In this document: positions 24,530 through 37,790 of the stretch, in pieces
Numbering within the stretch: position 1 is the stretch's first letter
Layout: each line of letters starts with the position of its first letter
Assembly: GCA_013265495.1 (NCBI GenBank)
Contig: MU058337.1
Location: 7,112,716 to 7,176,715 of the forward strand
Origin: Vicugna vicugna
Taxonomy: Eukaryota
Length of the DNA stretch: 64,000 bases
Reading direction: 5' to 3'
Position numbers and translations under genes: made by a program
The notes under the pieces: model-generated
What the model was told of the DNA's origin: nothing
Databases searched by the model: none
The model's input: only the letters and a program-made list of their open reading frames with translations

Positions 24530-25378
24530 ACCACTTCGCACCCATTATTATAGTTATTATCAAAAAAAAAGTTTTGGTAAGGATGTGAAGAAATTGGAAC
24601 CCTTGTGCATTGTTGGTAAGAATGTAAAATTGTGCAGCTCTTGTGGAAGATGATACGGTAGTTCCTCAAAAATTAAACATAGAATTACCACTGGATCCAG
24701 CAGTTCTATTTTGGGGGGATATGCCCAAAAGAGTTGAAAGTAGAGACTTGAACAGATATTTGTACACCGATGTTCACAGCAGCATAATTCACAATAGCCG
24801 AATGATGGAAGCAGCCCAAGTGTCCACTGATGGATGGATTAACAAAATGTGGTATACACATACAATGACATTTATCTAGCCTTTAAAGGTAGGAAATTCT
24901 GACACGTGCTACAACATGGATGAACCTTGAGGATGTGCTCAATGAAACGAGCCAGTCACAAAAAAATAAATCCTGTGTGGTTTCACTTATATAAATTCCT
25001 AGAGCAGTCAAATTTATAGAGACAGAAAGTAGAATGGTGATTGCCAGGGCCTGGAAGGAGTGAGGGAGGAATGGGAAATGGAGAGTTAGTGCTTAACTGG
25101 TCCAGAGTTTCAGTTGGGCACAGTGAAAATGCTGTGGGGCTGGATGGTGGTGATGACTGTGCAATAATGTGAATAGAATTAATGCCACAGAACATACACT
25201 TTAACATGGTAACTTTTTGTTTGTTTGGTTGGTTTTTTGTTGGTTTTTGTATTTTTTTTATTGAAGTATAATCAGTTTACAATGTTGTGTCAGTTTCTGG
25301 AGTACAGCACAATGCTTCAGTCATACATAACATGGTAACTTTTATGTTACCTTATTTAATCACAGTTTAAAAAAATTA
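24530..25378 (+). mobile_element. L1MB-type 3' portion, inserted in an older L1 5' fragment (24330-24510 and 25380-25670)
   Basis: GGAACCCTTGTGCATTGTTGGTAAGAATGTAAAAT...GACACGTGCTACAACATGGATGAACCTTGAG...ATGGTAACTTTTATGTTA. Confidence 0.8.
25218..25327 (-). mobile_element. Severely 5'-truncated young L1 tail with perfect 16-bp TSD
   Basis: TAACATGGTAACTTTT at 25202-25217 and 25328-25343. Confidence 0.85.
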
Positions 25379-25679
25379 AGGAACAGAAGCTGTTTTTTAG
25401 CCAAAGGAAAGTAAAAAAGGCAGCATAGCAAGACAGGAAAAACTGGGGCAGTAATGGCTCTACTCAAGCCAACACCACAGAAGAACCTGCAGCCCCACCC
25501 ACACCCACAGCAGCAACGGCCAGGTGGGGAGCTAGACCCCCACCCTCTCAAGGCTGGAGCAGGGCTCCCACACACTTGCCAAGGTGGTGTCAGGAAAGGA
25601 CTGAAGAGGGCAGGACTTCCATCCATGCTGACCTAGCAAGAGTCCTGCCCGTGATGGCCACTGGGGAGCCTGGACTTGA

Positions 25680-26430
25680 CAACAAAAACATGACCCATAA
25701 AAGAACAAATTGGCACATTGAATTTAAAAAGTAAAAGTTAAGACTTCAGCTCTGAGAAGACCCTGTTATGAGAATGAAAATACAAGCTACAGACCAGGAG
25801 AAAATACTTGCAAACCAATATATCCAACAAAGCAGTAGTATCTAGAATATATAAAGAACACTCAAAACTCAACAGTGAAAAAAAAAATCGATCCAATTAG
25901 AACATGGGCAAAGACTTGGGGAAATGTGTTGCTGGAGAGGATAGTGACACCACCACATGCTGGTGACAATATGGAGAAACCGAGTCACTGGTAAATTGCT
26001 GGTGGGAAAGTTAATTGGCACAGATGTTCCGCAAAAAAACAGTTTGGAGTTTCCTGAAGAAGCCAAGTAAGTGATGACCACGGAACCCAGGGATTGCACT
26101 CCTAGACATTCATCCCAGAGACATGAGAGCCTACACTTAGCCACACAACAGCCCGTGCACACATGTTCACAGCAGCTTTACATGTAATAGCTCAAAACTG
26201 GAAACCTCCAAGAAGCTCTTCAACAGAGTGCTGCCTCCGGGCCATAGGTGCTACTCAGCAACAGACAGGCAGGAACCACAGGTGCACGCGACACCTATGA
26301 CTCCACAGACCATGCTGGGTGGAAAGAGCCCATCCCAAAAGGTGACATACTGTACGATTCCATTCATATAGCGTTCCTGAAGTGACAAAGGTATACAAAC
26401 AGAGCAGACAAGTGGTTGCCAAGGATGAAA
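25680..26430 (+). mobile_element. Old L1 ORF2 3' / 3'UTR fragment
   Basis: AGCTACAGACCAGGAGAAAATACTTGCAAACC...TATCTAGAATATATAAAGAAC...ACATACTGTACGATTCCATTCATAT. Confidence 0.75.
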
Positions 26431-27159
26431 AAGGGGGTGGGTCAGAAGAACGTGGGGGCTGTGAGAGGCAGCCCGAGGGATCCCCGAGGCTTCATGCTGC
26501 CTATCGGGTCCTGGCTCCTGTCCAGCCATGCGCTCTTACTGTGGGGAGGGTCTCTGTTGCCTTTCATGGGGTTGTCTGAGCCAAGACCGCAGCTGGGCAT
26601 CAGGCAGAGTGCATGTGGCACTCGAGCTCCACACTCAAAGTGACCCAACTCTGCTTGGAGTTGGGGACACAAATGCTGCCAAGTGTTTCAGTGAAGTGTG
26701 TGCTGCTTTCAGCAAGCTGGTCTCACAAGATTAGAAAATTAACAAAGTTGCCTTTCCCTGAATCAGTCTGTGGTCTTCTCCCTCCTAGCTGTATGCATGT
26801 CCCCATTCTCCTTGTCACCATTTCCTTGTCACAAGTCTGGAGAGGTTCCCCATGAGCACAGGTAGAATTTGGATGCAGGTTTGTCATTCATTCTCTTGGC
26901 GTTGGTTTAGTTTACGACCAGATCAGTGCGATCTGACCAAGCAAGTTTCTGGGTCATGCTGGCCTTGGGACAGCCTGAGAACTCGGCCGTGAGTCCTGTT
27001 GTCCACCCCACCATCCTCTTGGTCATCATTGCTGATCATTTCCATTTCCTTCGTCACCAACTGATGGGATCAAGATTACATCTTTAGCACTTGCATTGCT
27101 TAGTATTCACAGGAAACAGCCTCTGTTCCTTGGAGTGGTAGGTCTCCTGAGTGGGAGAC

Positions 27160-27520
27160 CATTCTTGATTATCCAGGCAGGCTGATGTAGTCAGTGGTCC
27201 TGATAGAAAGATGCAGGAGGGGTAAGAGTCAGAGAAGAAAGTGATGTAATGACTGAAGCAGAGATTGGGTTGATGCACTTGCAAGATGCAGGAAGGGGCC
27301 ACAAACCAAGGAACGTGGGCAGCTTTTCCAGGATGGAAAAGGCAAGGAAGTGACTTCTCTCCTTGAGACTCTGGGAGGAGCCAGCCCTGCCAACACCTTG
27401 ACTTTAGCCCAGTGAAACTGATTTCAAACTGCTGACTTCCAGAAGTCTGAGATAATAAACCTGTGTCTTTTTAAGGCATTAAGTTACGGTGATTTGTTAC
27501 AGCAGCAGTGGGAAACTAGC
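27160..27520 (+). mobile_element. MLT1 (MaLR) solo LTR, MLT1D-like
   Basis: GGAAGGGGCCACAAACCAAGGAA...CAGCCCTGCCAACACCTTGACTTTAGCCCAGTGAAAC...GTTACAGCAGCAGTGGGAAACTA. Confidence 0.8.
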
Positions 27521-28214
27521 ACTTTAACTAGCGCTATTACTTCAACTAGCGCTCACTAGGAACTAACCAGCAAATTGCATGTGCTCCACTTCCAGAGACC
27601 ATGAAGTCCCTAAATCCATGTTCTCTTTCTGAGGTCTCTGTCTGCCCTCCATGTGGGGCCTTTTGGCATCGGAGGGACTGTGCCATTTGTCAGATAGCTC
27701 CATCTCCTCTGTCCAGGTATGTCGCCCCGGTAGACAGATCTGTTCTAGATATCTCCAGCACAGGCCTGAACAGCAGTGCAGCCCCCAGGGTTTGGACATA
27801 ACCACCTCATTTTGGCAGAGACCATCCCCTTTGTCTTTCCCCATGTCTACCTTCCCCTGACCACCACCTGGACCCCAGGGCACTTTGTAAATTTTTTTTC
27901 CTATTTGCGAAGATAACAGCTGCACCTTGCAGAAAACGCAGGCAGTACAGGAGTGTATAAAGAAAAGTGAAACCGCGGCGGTTCACCAAATTGCTCTCCA
28001 AAAAAATAGCAAGAGGGCAAGGGCAAAGCTCATTATTCTGTCTCCTTTAAAACTTAGCATCTTTCTAGGATTAGTGATGGTATTTGAAAGTTATCTGACA
28101 AATACTCCAATTACAGTTCCCTTTGGACTATAGAATCTGCAGCTTGATGGTATTATTTGGATTTGAGCAACTAGAAAAAAGACAAGGGAATTAAGCTACC
28201 AGAGGTGAATTGTG

Positions 28215-28397
28215 TCTTAGTTCAGTCTACACTTACTAGCTGTTTGACACCCGGCAAGTTTCTTAACTTTCCTTTGCCTCGGTCTTGTCTGTAAAATGGG
28301 GGTGCTGATGGTTCCCAATACCTCGGTGGTCCTGAGGATTACCAGAGTTAAGCACTTACCACTGACTAGCTTATGGTAAGCTCTAAGTAAATGTTGC
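28215..28397 (+). mobile_element. MIR
   Basis: CACTTACTAGCTGTTTGAC...GGCAAGTTTCTTAAC...CTGTAAAATGGGG...GTAAGCTCTAAGTAAATGTT. Confidence 0.75.
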
Positions 28398-29318
28398 CTT
28401 TTTTTTTTAAAATCAAGACTCAGCTAAAATGAGGAAAAAGAAAATTCAGTATTAATTCTTGCTCAATAATGGTTTTGACCAGTGTTTTCCTGCACATGTT
28501 CTGTGGAACATTACTGATTCCAAAGGATGTGGGATGTTAATTGGTAATATGGGGAAATAAAATTAAAAGATGAGGGCTAGGGTTTACAGGTCTAATAAGA
28601 TAAAGTTAAGCAGATTCCTATGGTACTTCTAGAGCCTTTTTTATGGATTTTGCTCCCAAGATAGGTTTCTCCTAAGGAGTATTTCCCCAAATTCATTGAT
28701 TGAGGCACTCAGGTTTTTTTTCTCAGTAGGGTGACCCAGGACCAATGTCCCACAGAAGGCACTCTGGGGACTGGTCCATTAGAGACCCGTCCTCTGTCCT
28801 GCTTTCTCTCCCTGTTCTGTGTGGACTAGTGGCGCTGATATACTGTCAAGACTCCAACTGGGAGCACAGGTGCAGGGGTCCCCTCCTCCACCTGGGCAGA
28901 CACACACTGACTGAGAGGGGAGGGTCACCCCGCCCAAGACTGGCCCAGCCTGTGTATGTATGAGGCCAGCGTCATCCAGTAGGTGTCTAGGGGGCTTGTC
29001 ATGCTGCACAGACATTGAGCAAGAGGCTTGGCATCAATGTCTGTAGCTTGCTCCCTTCTTGTCCACACACAACTTGAGCAAGCTTATTGTTAAGTCTCTG
29101 TCCCTCCCTCTACAAGTCAGGGATAAAGCCCTACCATCTCCTACCATGTATTAAAGGGGGACCATGGAGGCTGAGGAGGAATGCCTTCCTCTTGTTCGGA
29201 ACCACATGAACAATGGTTACAATAGTTCCTTAAAGTTGGTGTCAGAGTTTGCTGGAATGCAGACCCACTGGTCGAGATTTGGGTGGTGGCACCTACAGTT
29301 GTGCTGGAGGCGGTCACC

Positions 29319-29833
29319 TGTTTTATTGGTCAGGTTCTCCAGAGAAACAGAACCACTAAAAGTGTGCACGCATGTGTGTATGTATGTATATGTATGTATA
29401 AAGAATGTTTGTGAGGAATTGGCTCACGTGATTATGGAAGCCAGTGATCTGCAGAGTCAGAAGCAGACCTGGGAGGGCCTCTGCTGTAGTTCTGGTCTGA
29501 AGGCCAGCAGGCTGAGACCCAGGAAGAGCTGATGCTTCATTTCGAGTCTAAAGGCAGGGTGGGGGACAGAGAAGCTGATGTCCCTGTTGTCAGGCTTTCG
29601 GGCAGGAAGTATACTGTCTTACTTGGGGGAAGACCAACCTTTTGTACTGTTCGAGCCTTCAACTGATTTGGCGAGGCCCTCCCCATGAGAGAGGGCAATC
29701 TGCTTTACTCAGACTACTGACTTGAATGTTAACCTCATCCAAAAACACCCTTGGAGAAACACCCAAAATAATGTTTAGCCAATATCTGGACACCTGTGGC
29801 CCAGTCAACCTCACATAAAATCAACCCTCACGC
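29319..29833 (-). mobile_element. MLT2 (ERVL) solo LTR
   Basis: GGTTCTCCAGAGAAACAGAACC...GAGGAATTGGCTCACGTGATTATGGA...CCCAGTCAACCTCACATAAAATCAACC. Confidence 0.8.
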
Positions 29834-30484
29834 ATAAGATTAATGCTTTGTAAAGGGAACCATAGGTGAAGAAATGAGGCTGAATTGCCAAACCTCAGAC
29901 ATTGGAGCTGTGTCGTCCCTGAATCAAGACCCAAACCCAGTTAGGTTGTTGAGGTCACCAGGCATGAAGGAAGCTGAGAAAGAACTTCTTTCTTTCTTTG
30001 GACACAAGACATTGACATGAGCTCTGAAAGGTGCTCAGGGGAGGAGGATGTGGCCCTCAGAGAGGAGGCCCAGGGACTGTCTGGGTGTGACTGACCCAGC
30101 AGCTCAGAGGTAGAACAGGCCTGGCATCTCCCAGCAAAAGTCAGCAGTTTGGTTAAGTATCAGCCTTGGCCTCACCTCACTGATTCTTCCTGGTGCCAGC
30201 ACTTCACAGACACTGTGGCTCTTATTCCTTATAATGATCCTATTAGGTGGGAGGTAGTTTCACATGAAGAAACCAAACCTCAGGGAGATGGAGGAAATTG
30301 CCAAAGGTCATGTGGTCAGTAGTGGAGCTGGGGTTCTAGCTGAGATTTTTCTGACCCAGGAGGCAGGTCAGCTGCTGGCTCAAGAAGGGTGAGTGTGCCC
30401 TGAACAGCTTGGATGCCCTGGGCACCTTGTAATGGGGGTCTCTGTGGGAGCTATTGTCCAAACCAGGAGATGGAGGGTAAGCAT

Positions 30485-30890
30485 TAGGGACTGCATGGTT
30501 CCCCTCAAAGTTCATGTTGAAGTCCTAACCCCAAGGACCTTAGAATTTGACCTTATTTGGAGACAAGATTTTTATATAAATAATCAAGGTAAAATGAGGT
30601 CATTAGGGTAGGCCCTAATTCAATATGATGGGGTCCTTGTGAAAAGAGGAAATTTGGACCCAGACACACACAGAGGGAAGTTGATGGGAAGACACAGAGG
30701 GAAGACAGCTGTCTATAGACCAGGGAGAGAGACCTAAAACAGATCCATCCCTCAAGACCTTCAGAAAGAACAACCCTGCTGATACTTTGATGTTGGACTT
30801 CCAGCTTCCAGGACTGTGAGACAACAGATTTCTGTGGTTTAAGCTCCCTGGTCTGCGGAACCTGGTTATGGCAGCCCGAATGAACTAACC
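30485..30890 (+). mobile_element. MLT1A/B solo LTR
   Basis: TTCATGTTGAAGTCCTAACCCC...GGACTTCCAGCTTCCAGGACTGTGAGAC...GTTATGGCAGCCC. Confidence 0.82.
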
Positions 30891-32494
30891 CAGCAAGACT
30901 CCCAGCTATGAGGGAAAGCAATAAAAAGGCTTCCCCAGTTGTGTGCAGAGACTCAGGACCCTCAGGGACAAAACAGTGTGAACCAAAGTGTCACCAAACC
31001 AGGATGGGAAGCAAGTCTTTGGAGGAACTAACCTTTGCTCTGAAATCAAGATTGGGAAATAATTCATTGTCACCACTGGCTTCGTCCATCTTGTTCAGCT
31101 GGTCCTTCATAAACAGCAATGTGGGCATGTCACCAGTCAACTACTTTCTGTCTTTCCAGACGGGGAGTGACAAGGAGTGGGCAGCAGTACGGCGCCTCCT
31201 GTCACCCTCCCTGATGAGAGGTTGTGGAGACCCATCATAATGTCCCACTGCTTAGCTTGGCACAGTGACAGAAGCACTGGCTGAGGAGTCTGAAAAATTG
31301 GGTTCTAGTTCAAATGAACCCCATCAGCTTTGTCATTTGTGAATGAGAGAAATCCCTGTTCCTTGTGACCTCACAGAGGTTTTCTCTCAAATAAGATCAC
31401 TTATTATTATTATGTCTCACCCACTCCCCAAAAAGATTGTAGGGAGTTTGCAATAAAGACATATTAAGTAAAATCATCCAAGCAGACATAAAATCATGGA
31501 AGGTAAGGAATGGAGGGAGGAAATGGTTGTATATTATACTATACTATGTAGACTAAGCCCAACATTTAGCCCTGAGCATCCTGGTGGCCAAGAAAAAAAG
31601 TGGAACACTTTCCAAAGTAGTAAAAAAAAAAGTCTATAAAGTAAGATGTTGTTGTTTCATTTATTGTACTCTTTTAAAGTGAAATGTGATATATATAATA
31701 CTAAAAATGATCATTTTATTTCAATGGGCAGATTCCAAATATGAAGAGCAGAATCCCCCCCAGGTTCTGAACACAGATTTCCTACATTTTCAGACATTTT
31801 ATCCCCATAATCTCTTCTCAGTCACAATGTCATGTTCTGGGCAAATCCTGTCAACTTTGTTCTTTCCTTGTCTCTTTACAAAAATAGAATCTAGACTTTT
31901 TTTCCTAATTGGGAAAGCAGTACATGCTCCTAGAAAAATGTGTGAAATACTAAAAAACAGAAATGAGGATAAAATATCCACAGCTCTCTCTGCCCCATCC
32001 CTTCCAGATAACTGCTGTCAGCATTTCAGCTCACTTCATTCAAGCGTCTTCTCTCTGTCTTTTGAATCTCCTAGTGCTTCTTGGCCTGTAGACTTTGGCC
32101 ACCTCAGCCCAGGAAGTTTTGGCTCTGAGTATACACTGTGTAGGAGCACCTAGAATTACCAGCTCATCAACATCTCCTGGACTTGGAGCTCCTGTCCTTT
32201 CAAAGCCAGCTGAGCCTGTCCGGGTCTGTCCTCACCTCGTCCCACCCGGGGAGCCTTTAGGCAACACACGTGATGAGGTATGGCCGTGTCATTGGGGCAC
32301 CCAGTTCTACCAATTCCCGCCCCCAAATGGGCTGTGTTTTGTACGTCGTAGGAGACCCCAGCCTAATGAGAAACCTAGTTCCAAGCCACTAGCAGTTCTC
32401 TTGCTGAGTATTCCTGTCTTCTCAGTGAAAATTTACTTGGGAGTTTAGTGGGCTTTGAGAGGGTGTCCTTATCATCATCCCACTTTATTTTTAA

Positions 32495-35400
32495 AAAGCC
32501 TGTTGTAGCCACTATGGAGAATAGCATGGAGGTTCCTTAAAAAACTAAAAGTAAAGTTACCCTATGATCCAGCAATCTCACTCCTGGGCATATATCTGGA
32601 GAAAATTCTAATTTGAAAAGATACATGTGCCCCAGTGTTCAGAGCAGCAATATTTACAATAGCCAAGACATGGAAGCAACTTAAGTGTCTATTAACAGAT
32701 GATAAAGGGAGGGAAAAAGGAACAAAAAAGGACATTCAATATGAAAACAAAGAGCAAAATGGCAGATGGCAATCCAGCCACATCAATAAACACAAATGGG
32801 AATTGACTAAATACTCCAATAAAAGGGCATATATTGTTAGATGGGATAAAAGAAGCAAGATCCTGCTGTATGTTGTCTACAAGAGACACATTTTAGATTA
32901 AAATCACAAATGAGTAAAAGGAAATGAATGAAAAAAATTATACCTTGGAAAATGGAAACAAAATATAAGAAAGCTGGAGTGCCTGTATATATATCAGACA
33001 AAATAAATTTTACAGTGAGCAACATTACTAGAAACAGAGGGATATTTCATGAGGATGAAAAAGATCAATACATTAGGAATGTGTAACAATTATAAATGTA
33101 TACACACCTAATCACAGAGTTCCAAAATATATGAAAGAAAAACTAACAAAATTGAGTAAGAAATAGGTAATTCAACAATTATTACCAAAGATTTCAATAT
33201 TCCACTCTCAGCCATTTATAGAAGAAGAAAGAAAGTAAAGATCTAGAAGATTTGAACAAAACTATCAGGCAGCTGGACTAATTGATATCTAGATACACTC
33301 CACCTAACAGACGCAGAATACCGATTCTTTTCAAGAACATGTGAAAACACAGCTACTAAAACTTACGGGATGCAGCCAAATCATTTCCTAGAGAGGCATT
33401 CTTAGCTATGGATTTCTATATTAAGGAAAGGAAAGACATGGAAACTGTACTTTAACCTTCTATGTTAAGAAACTAGAAACAGAAGAGCAAACTGAATCCA
33501 AAGCAAGGAGAAGAAGGGAAATAATAAAGACTAGAGGGGAAAAAATGAAATAAAGAACAGGAAAACAATAGAGAAAAATCAAGAAACCAAAATTTGGTTC
33601 TTTGAAAAGAGCAACAAAAGTTACAAATCTTTCTCTAGACTGACAGAGGGTAGGTGGTGGGGAGAAAGAGAAAATCAAATTAACAGAATTATAAGAAAAC
33701 AATACAAACAGTTATATGCCAACTCATCAGTAACCTAAATTGATAATTGATAATCTAAATGAAAAAGACAAATTTCTAGAAAGATACAAACTACTGAACT
33801 GATTCAAGAAAAAATAGAAAGTCTGAATAGACTCATAACAAATAAAGAGATTAAATTAGTAATCAAAAACTTCCCCCAAAGAAAAGCCCAGGCCCCGATG
33901 ACCTCATGGGTGAATTCTACCAAACATTTAAAGAGGAATTAATGCCAAATCTTTACAAAGTCTTCGAAAAAAATAGAAGAGGAGGAAACACTTTCCATCT
34001 CATTCCATGAGGCCAGTTTTTCCCTAATACCAAAACCAGATAAAGACATTACAAGAAATGGGCAATATCCCTTATAAATATAGAAGCAATTTCCTAACAA
34101 ATACTAACAAACTGAATCTAGCAGCAAATAAAAAGGATTACGTGCATGACTAAGTGGGATTTATCCCAGAAACACAAGGTTTAACATACAAAAATCAATG
34201 TAAGACACCATATTAATAGAATAAAGGACAAAACCACATTATTTCAACAGACATAGAAAAAAAGCATTTGATGACATCCAACACCTTTTCATGTTAAAAT
34301 CCCTCAACAGACTAGGATTGGAAGAGACTTCATCAACCTGATAAAGGCCGCCTTTCTCCTAAGATCAGACACAAGCTAACGCTGTCTGCTCCAGTCCCTT
34401 CTATTCAACATTGATTCCAGCAAGGCCACCACTATGCATGTCGCCAGAGAGTTGAAAACACAAAAACTTGCACACAAATATTCATAGCAGTATTATTCAC
34501 AACAGCCAGAAAGTGAAACCAAAATGTCCATCACCTGATAAAGGGTTAAGAAAATGTAGTATATCCATACAATGGGATATTATTCAGTCGTGAAAAAAGG
34601 AACAGAGGGTTGACACAGGCTACACCATGGAGGGGCCTTGAAAACATCCTGTTACGTGGCTCACTGTGAAGCAATGAAGAACAATGAGATAAGCCAGAGC
34701 ACTGGGCAGGCGCTTTATCAGCTCAGTAACAGGTAGAATCCCGGCAACGCTTCTCTTCCCAAAATGGGGCACCAGCCCGTAGGTTCCTGCTTGTGAGTAT
34801 TCACGGGAGGGCAATGGAGAGCGGGCAGACTGCTCAGGGGTCAGGTCCAAATGCTCTTGGCCAGTCATGGAGGTGATCATTCCACAAGTGGCATGTTGCC
34901 GTAATGAGTGATATTCAAATTCTATCCTGAATGTCCAAATGTCCTGAAAGCCAGGCTTGTCAGTGTGGAGGAAAGGGGGTGGAAATGGAAGACAGGAAAG
35001 GTGACTGGACATCTGCCCTCCTGGATATGAGTTGGAAGTAGCATTATGAGCTCAAGGTGTAGGAAGTACTTTATAGACATGTATTTCCTAACTCTTCCAC
35101 TAAAACCAGTGACCAACCCAGAGAAGTGAGCATCCTTAGTGTCCAGACTGTTGTTTGCAAATTTCTAACCAAAAAGTGTCAGGGATCCTGGGAGAATGGT
35201 CTGATTCCATGTCTGAGCCAGGAAATAGACAAGTCGGGAACATCTCATAATACGAAATAGCAAGGAAGTTATCCAAGACTTTGAGAGTCATGACAACAGG
35301 ACTCATAATCAGCCTGAGGAGGCACCCGCTGGCCAAGGTGGGACAATCAGGAGGAATGATTACTTCAACATGCCATCAAATATGTGTAAATCCATGCATT

Positions 35401-35850
35401 CATAATGGCACTAAAAAGAAAAAAGTGAATTGGTCACATAGGAGGATGCTCATAAACTAAGTTATGGTTTTGAAAACTGGTAATTAAAGGAAAAGAGTTA
35501 AGTATTCAGCCCGCTTTCCCTATACGAACTGTGCTGAGGACTAACCAAACGGTGGACGAGGGCAAGTTTTCCTTATTAGAATTATTCCAGTTAGTCAATG
35601 AAGACAGAATGTCACTATTTTGCAGCCTCTAATCAGTGAATGGAATTGAGTATCGTAACAGCCCCACAAGACATTCTCTGACTTGGGGATGGAAGAATAC
35701 ACTGCAACCTATCAGGCAGCTGTGCGAAAAACAAAACTCCAAATCTACATCTGATCAAGCCTCTAGATCCAAATACCGACTGACAGGCAATGCAAAGGAC
35801 AGAAGAACACAGGAATGGACACTATACAGATAAGTCTGCAAAATCCAATG
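32495..35850 (+). mobile_element. Composite decayed L1: short young fragment (32495-32705), ORF2 endonuclease to start of RT (~32740-34415), old 3' region
   Basis: Decayed EN motif (AAGATCCTGCTGTATGTTGTCTACAAGAGACACATTT = DP..CCLQETH) and RT-proximal GGGATTTATCCCAG...AAAGCATTTGATGACATCCAACACCTTTTCATG; many stops and frameshifts. Confidence 0.82.
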
Positions 35851-36029
35851 GGAAGCCCTGCTGGAGCACAAGTCATCCGCCCAAAGTCATATTGCCGGTA
35901 AGTGGCTGAGCTGGAGTTTGAACACACAGACCTGGGTGATTCCAGAGCCCCCTGGAAAGTCAGTAGCTTTTACCAGATCCTCCCCAGCCCTGGGAGAGTG
36001 AAAACAGAGCAATGTTTCACTACACATAC

Positions 36030-37020
36030 CTCATTTTTCATATATCTCATGTCCTTATTTGCTCCTCTTTCCCTCCCTTACTGCTTTCTTTTGTGTTAAA
36101 CAAATATTTTATAGCATACCACTGTAATTCCTCTGTTGATTTTTGACTACATATTTTAAGTTATTTTCTACGAGTTTGCTCTAGGAATTCCAATAAGCAC
36201 AATCTGCTTCAGATGAATACTGATGTGATACCAGTAAAATATAGCAACTTTGCTCAAATATAGTTCTATTTCCTCCCCTATTTTTGCAATACATTATTAG
36301 AAATGTATATTGACACTATATAATTGTCATATATATTACATCTGTATATGTTATAAACCCAACAATATGTTATAGTTACCGATTTACATAATATTGCATT
36401 TTTAAAGAAATTAAAAGTAGAAAATTAAAGAAATCTACTTATATAGTGTTTTATATTTACCCTTAAATGTACTATTTCCAGCACTCGTAATTTTTTCAAG
36501 TTAGTATCTGGTGTCATTTCCTTTTAGCCTGAAGGACTTTGTTTAGTGTTTCTCATAAGGCAGATTTGATAGCAATGAACTACCTCAGTCTTTGTTTACC
36601 TGGAGATTTTTTTATGCTTTTATTTTTGAAGAATAATTTTGCTAGTTACAGCCATCTCAAACCTGCTGTTGAATCCACCTAGTGAATTTTTCATTTTGGC
36701 TATTGTTCTTTTCAATCACAGAATTTCCGCTTAGTTCCTTGTTACAGTTTCAATTTCTTTGTTGTTATTTTCCTGTTTGTTAGGTCAGTATCAACGTATT
36801 TTCCTTTAGTTCTCTAAAGATGGTTTCCTTAATCTTTTGGACACAATTAGAAAAGCTGCAGAGAATTTTTTCTATGAAATCCAGTTTCTGGGCCCGTTTA
36901 GAGTCAGTTTTTATTGATTGTGTTCTCTGGAGGATAGGGGTGAGACTTTCCTGTTACTTCACCTGTCTCAAACTTTTTTGTTGGAAATTGGACATTTTAG
37001 ACACTATATTGTTGCAAATC
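36030..37020 (-). mobile_element. Old L1 fragments, antisense
   Basis: CATTTCCTTTTAGCCTGAAGGACTTTGTTTAGTGTTTCTCATAAGGCAG...TTTTGAAGAATAATTTTGCT. Confidence 0.65.
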
Positions 37021-37589
37021 TGAATCCTAGTTTTTATCTTGAGTCCCATATGTCATTTCTATTTTTCTGGAATTGTCCATCTCATATATTTTTAAAAATT
37101 TATTGCCACATAAGTAATCAGAATATCCAGAATTTCTTTTTGAATATTAAAATTTTAAAGAATATAAGAATACACATTCTTCAAGTTTAAAATAGTGTTT
37201 TATTATTTTTTAAAAGGTGCTTATTTAAAGGAGATTATAAGGCAGTTTATGATACATCTATACAATGAAAAAATTCAACACCATCAAAAAAATGAATAGG
37301 AAACCTTTGTTTCTTATTTCTGATTTGGAAAGCTATCTAAGATAAACTTTTAAGCTTAAAAAACCAAGGTGCAGAATGGTGTATATAGTCTACTCCCATT
37401 TCTATATGTATAAATACATATACATAATGTATACCTATATATGAACCTAAATTATCTCTGGAAGACACTTTGGCTGTTCTGAAGAGAAGCAGGTAGCTGG
37501 GGATGGGATGGAAGACTTTGTACTCTCTTTTATACTATTTTGAATTCTAATGTTTAAAAAGAAATTTTAGAAAATGGCTTCTAAATATT

Positions 37590-37790
37590 AAAATAATGAA
37601 CATTTAATAAGTGCTCATAACAGGTGGGCATTTATTAACTCATTGAGTTCTTATATTAATGCTAAGACCTGAGTACTATTTGAAGCCCCATTTTACACAT
37701 GAGGGAACTGAGACGCAGAGACCCCCACAAGCTGGGTGTCCAAGATGCCAAAGTCAGTGAGTGATGAACGTGGTTTCTGGCTCAGGTTCT
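37590..37790 (-). mobile_element. MIR
   Basis: CCCCATTTTACACATGAGGGAACTGAGACGCAGAG. Confidence 0.7.

Noticed and set aside
32740..34415. Possible intact L1 ORF2
   Set aside because: Multiple stops, frameshifts and internal deletions; no long + strand ORF in the track
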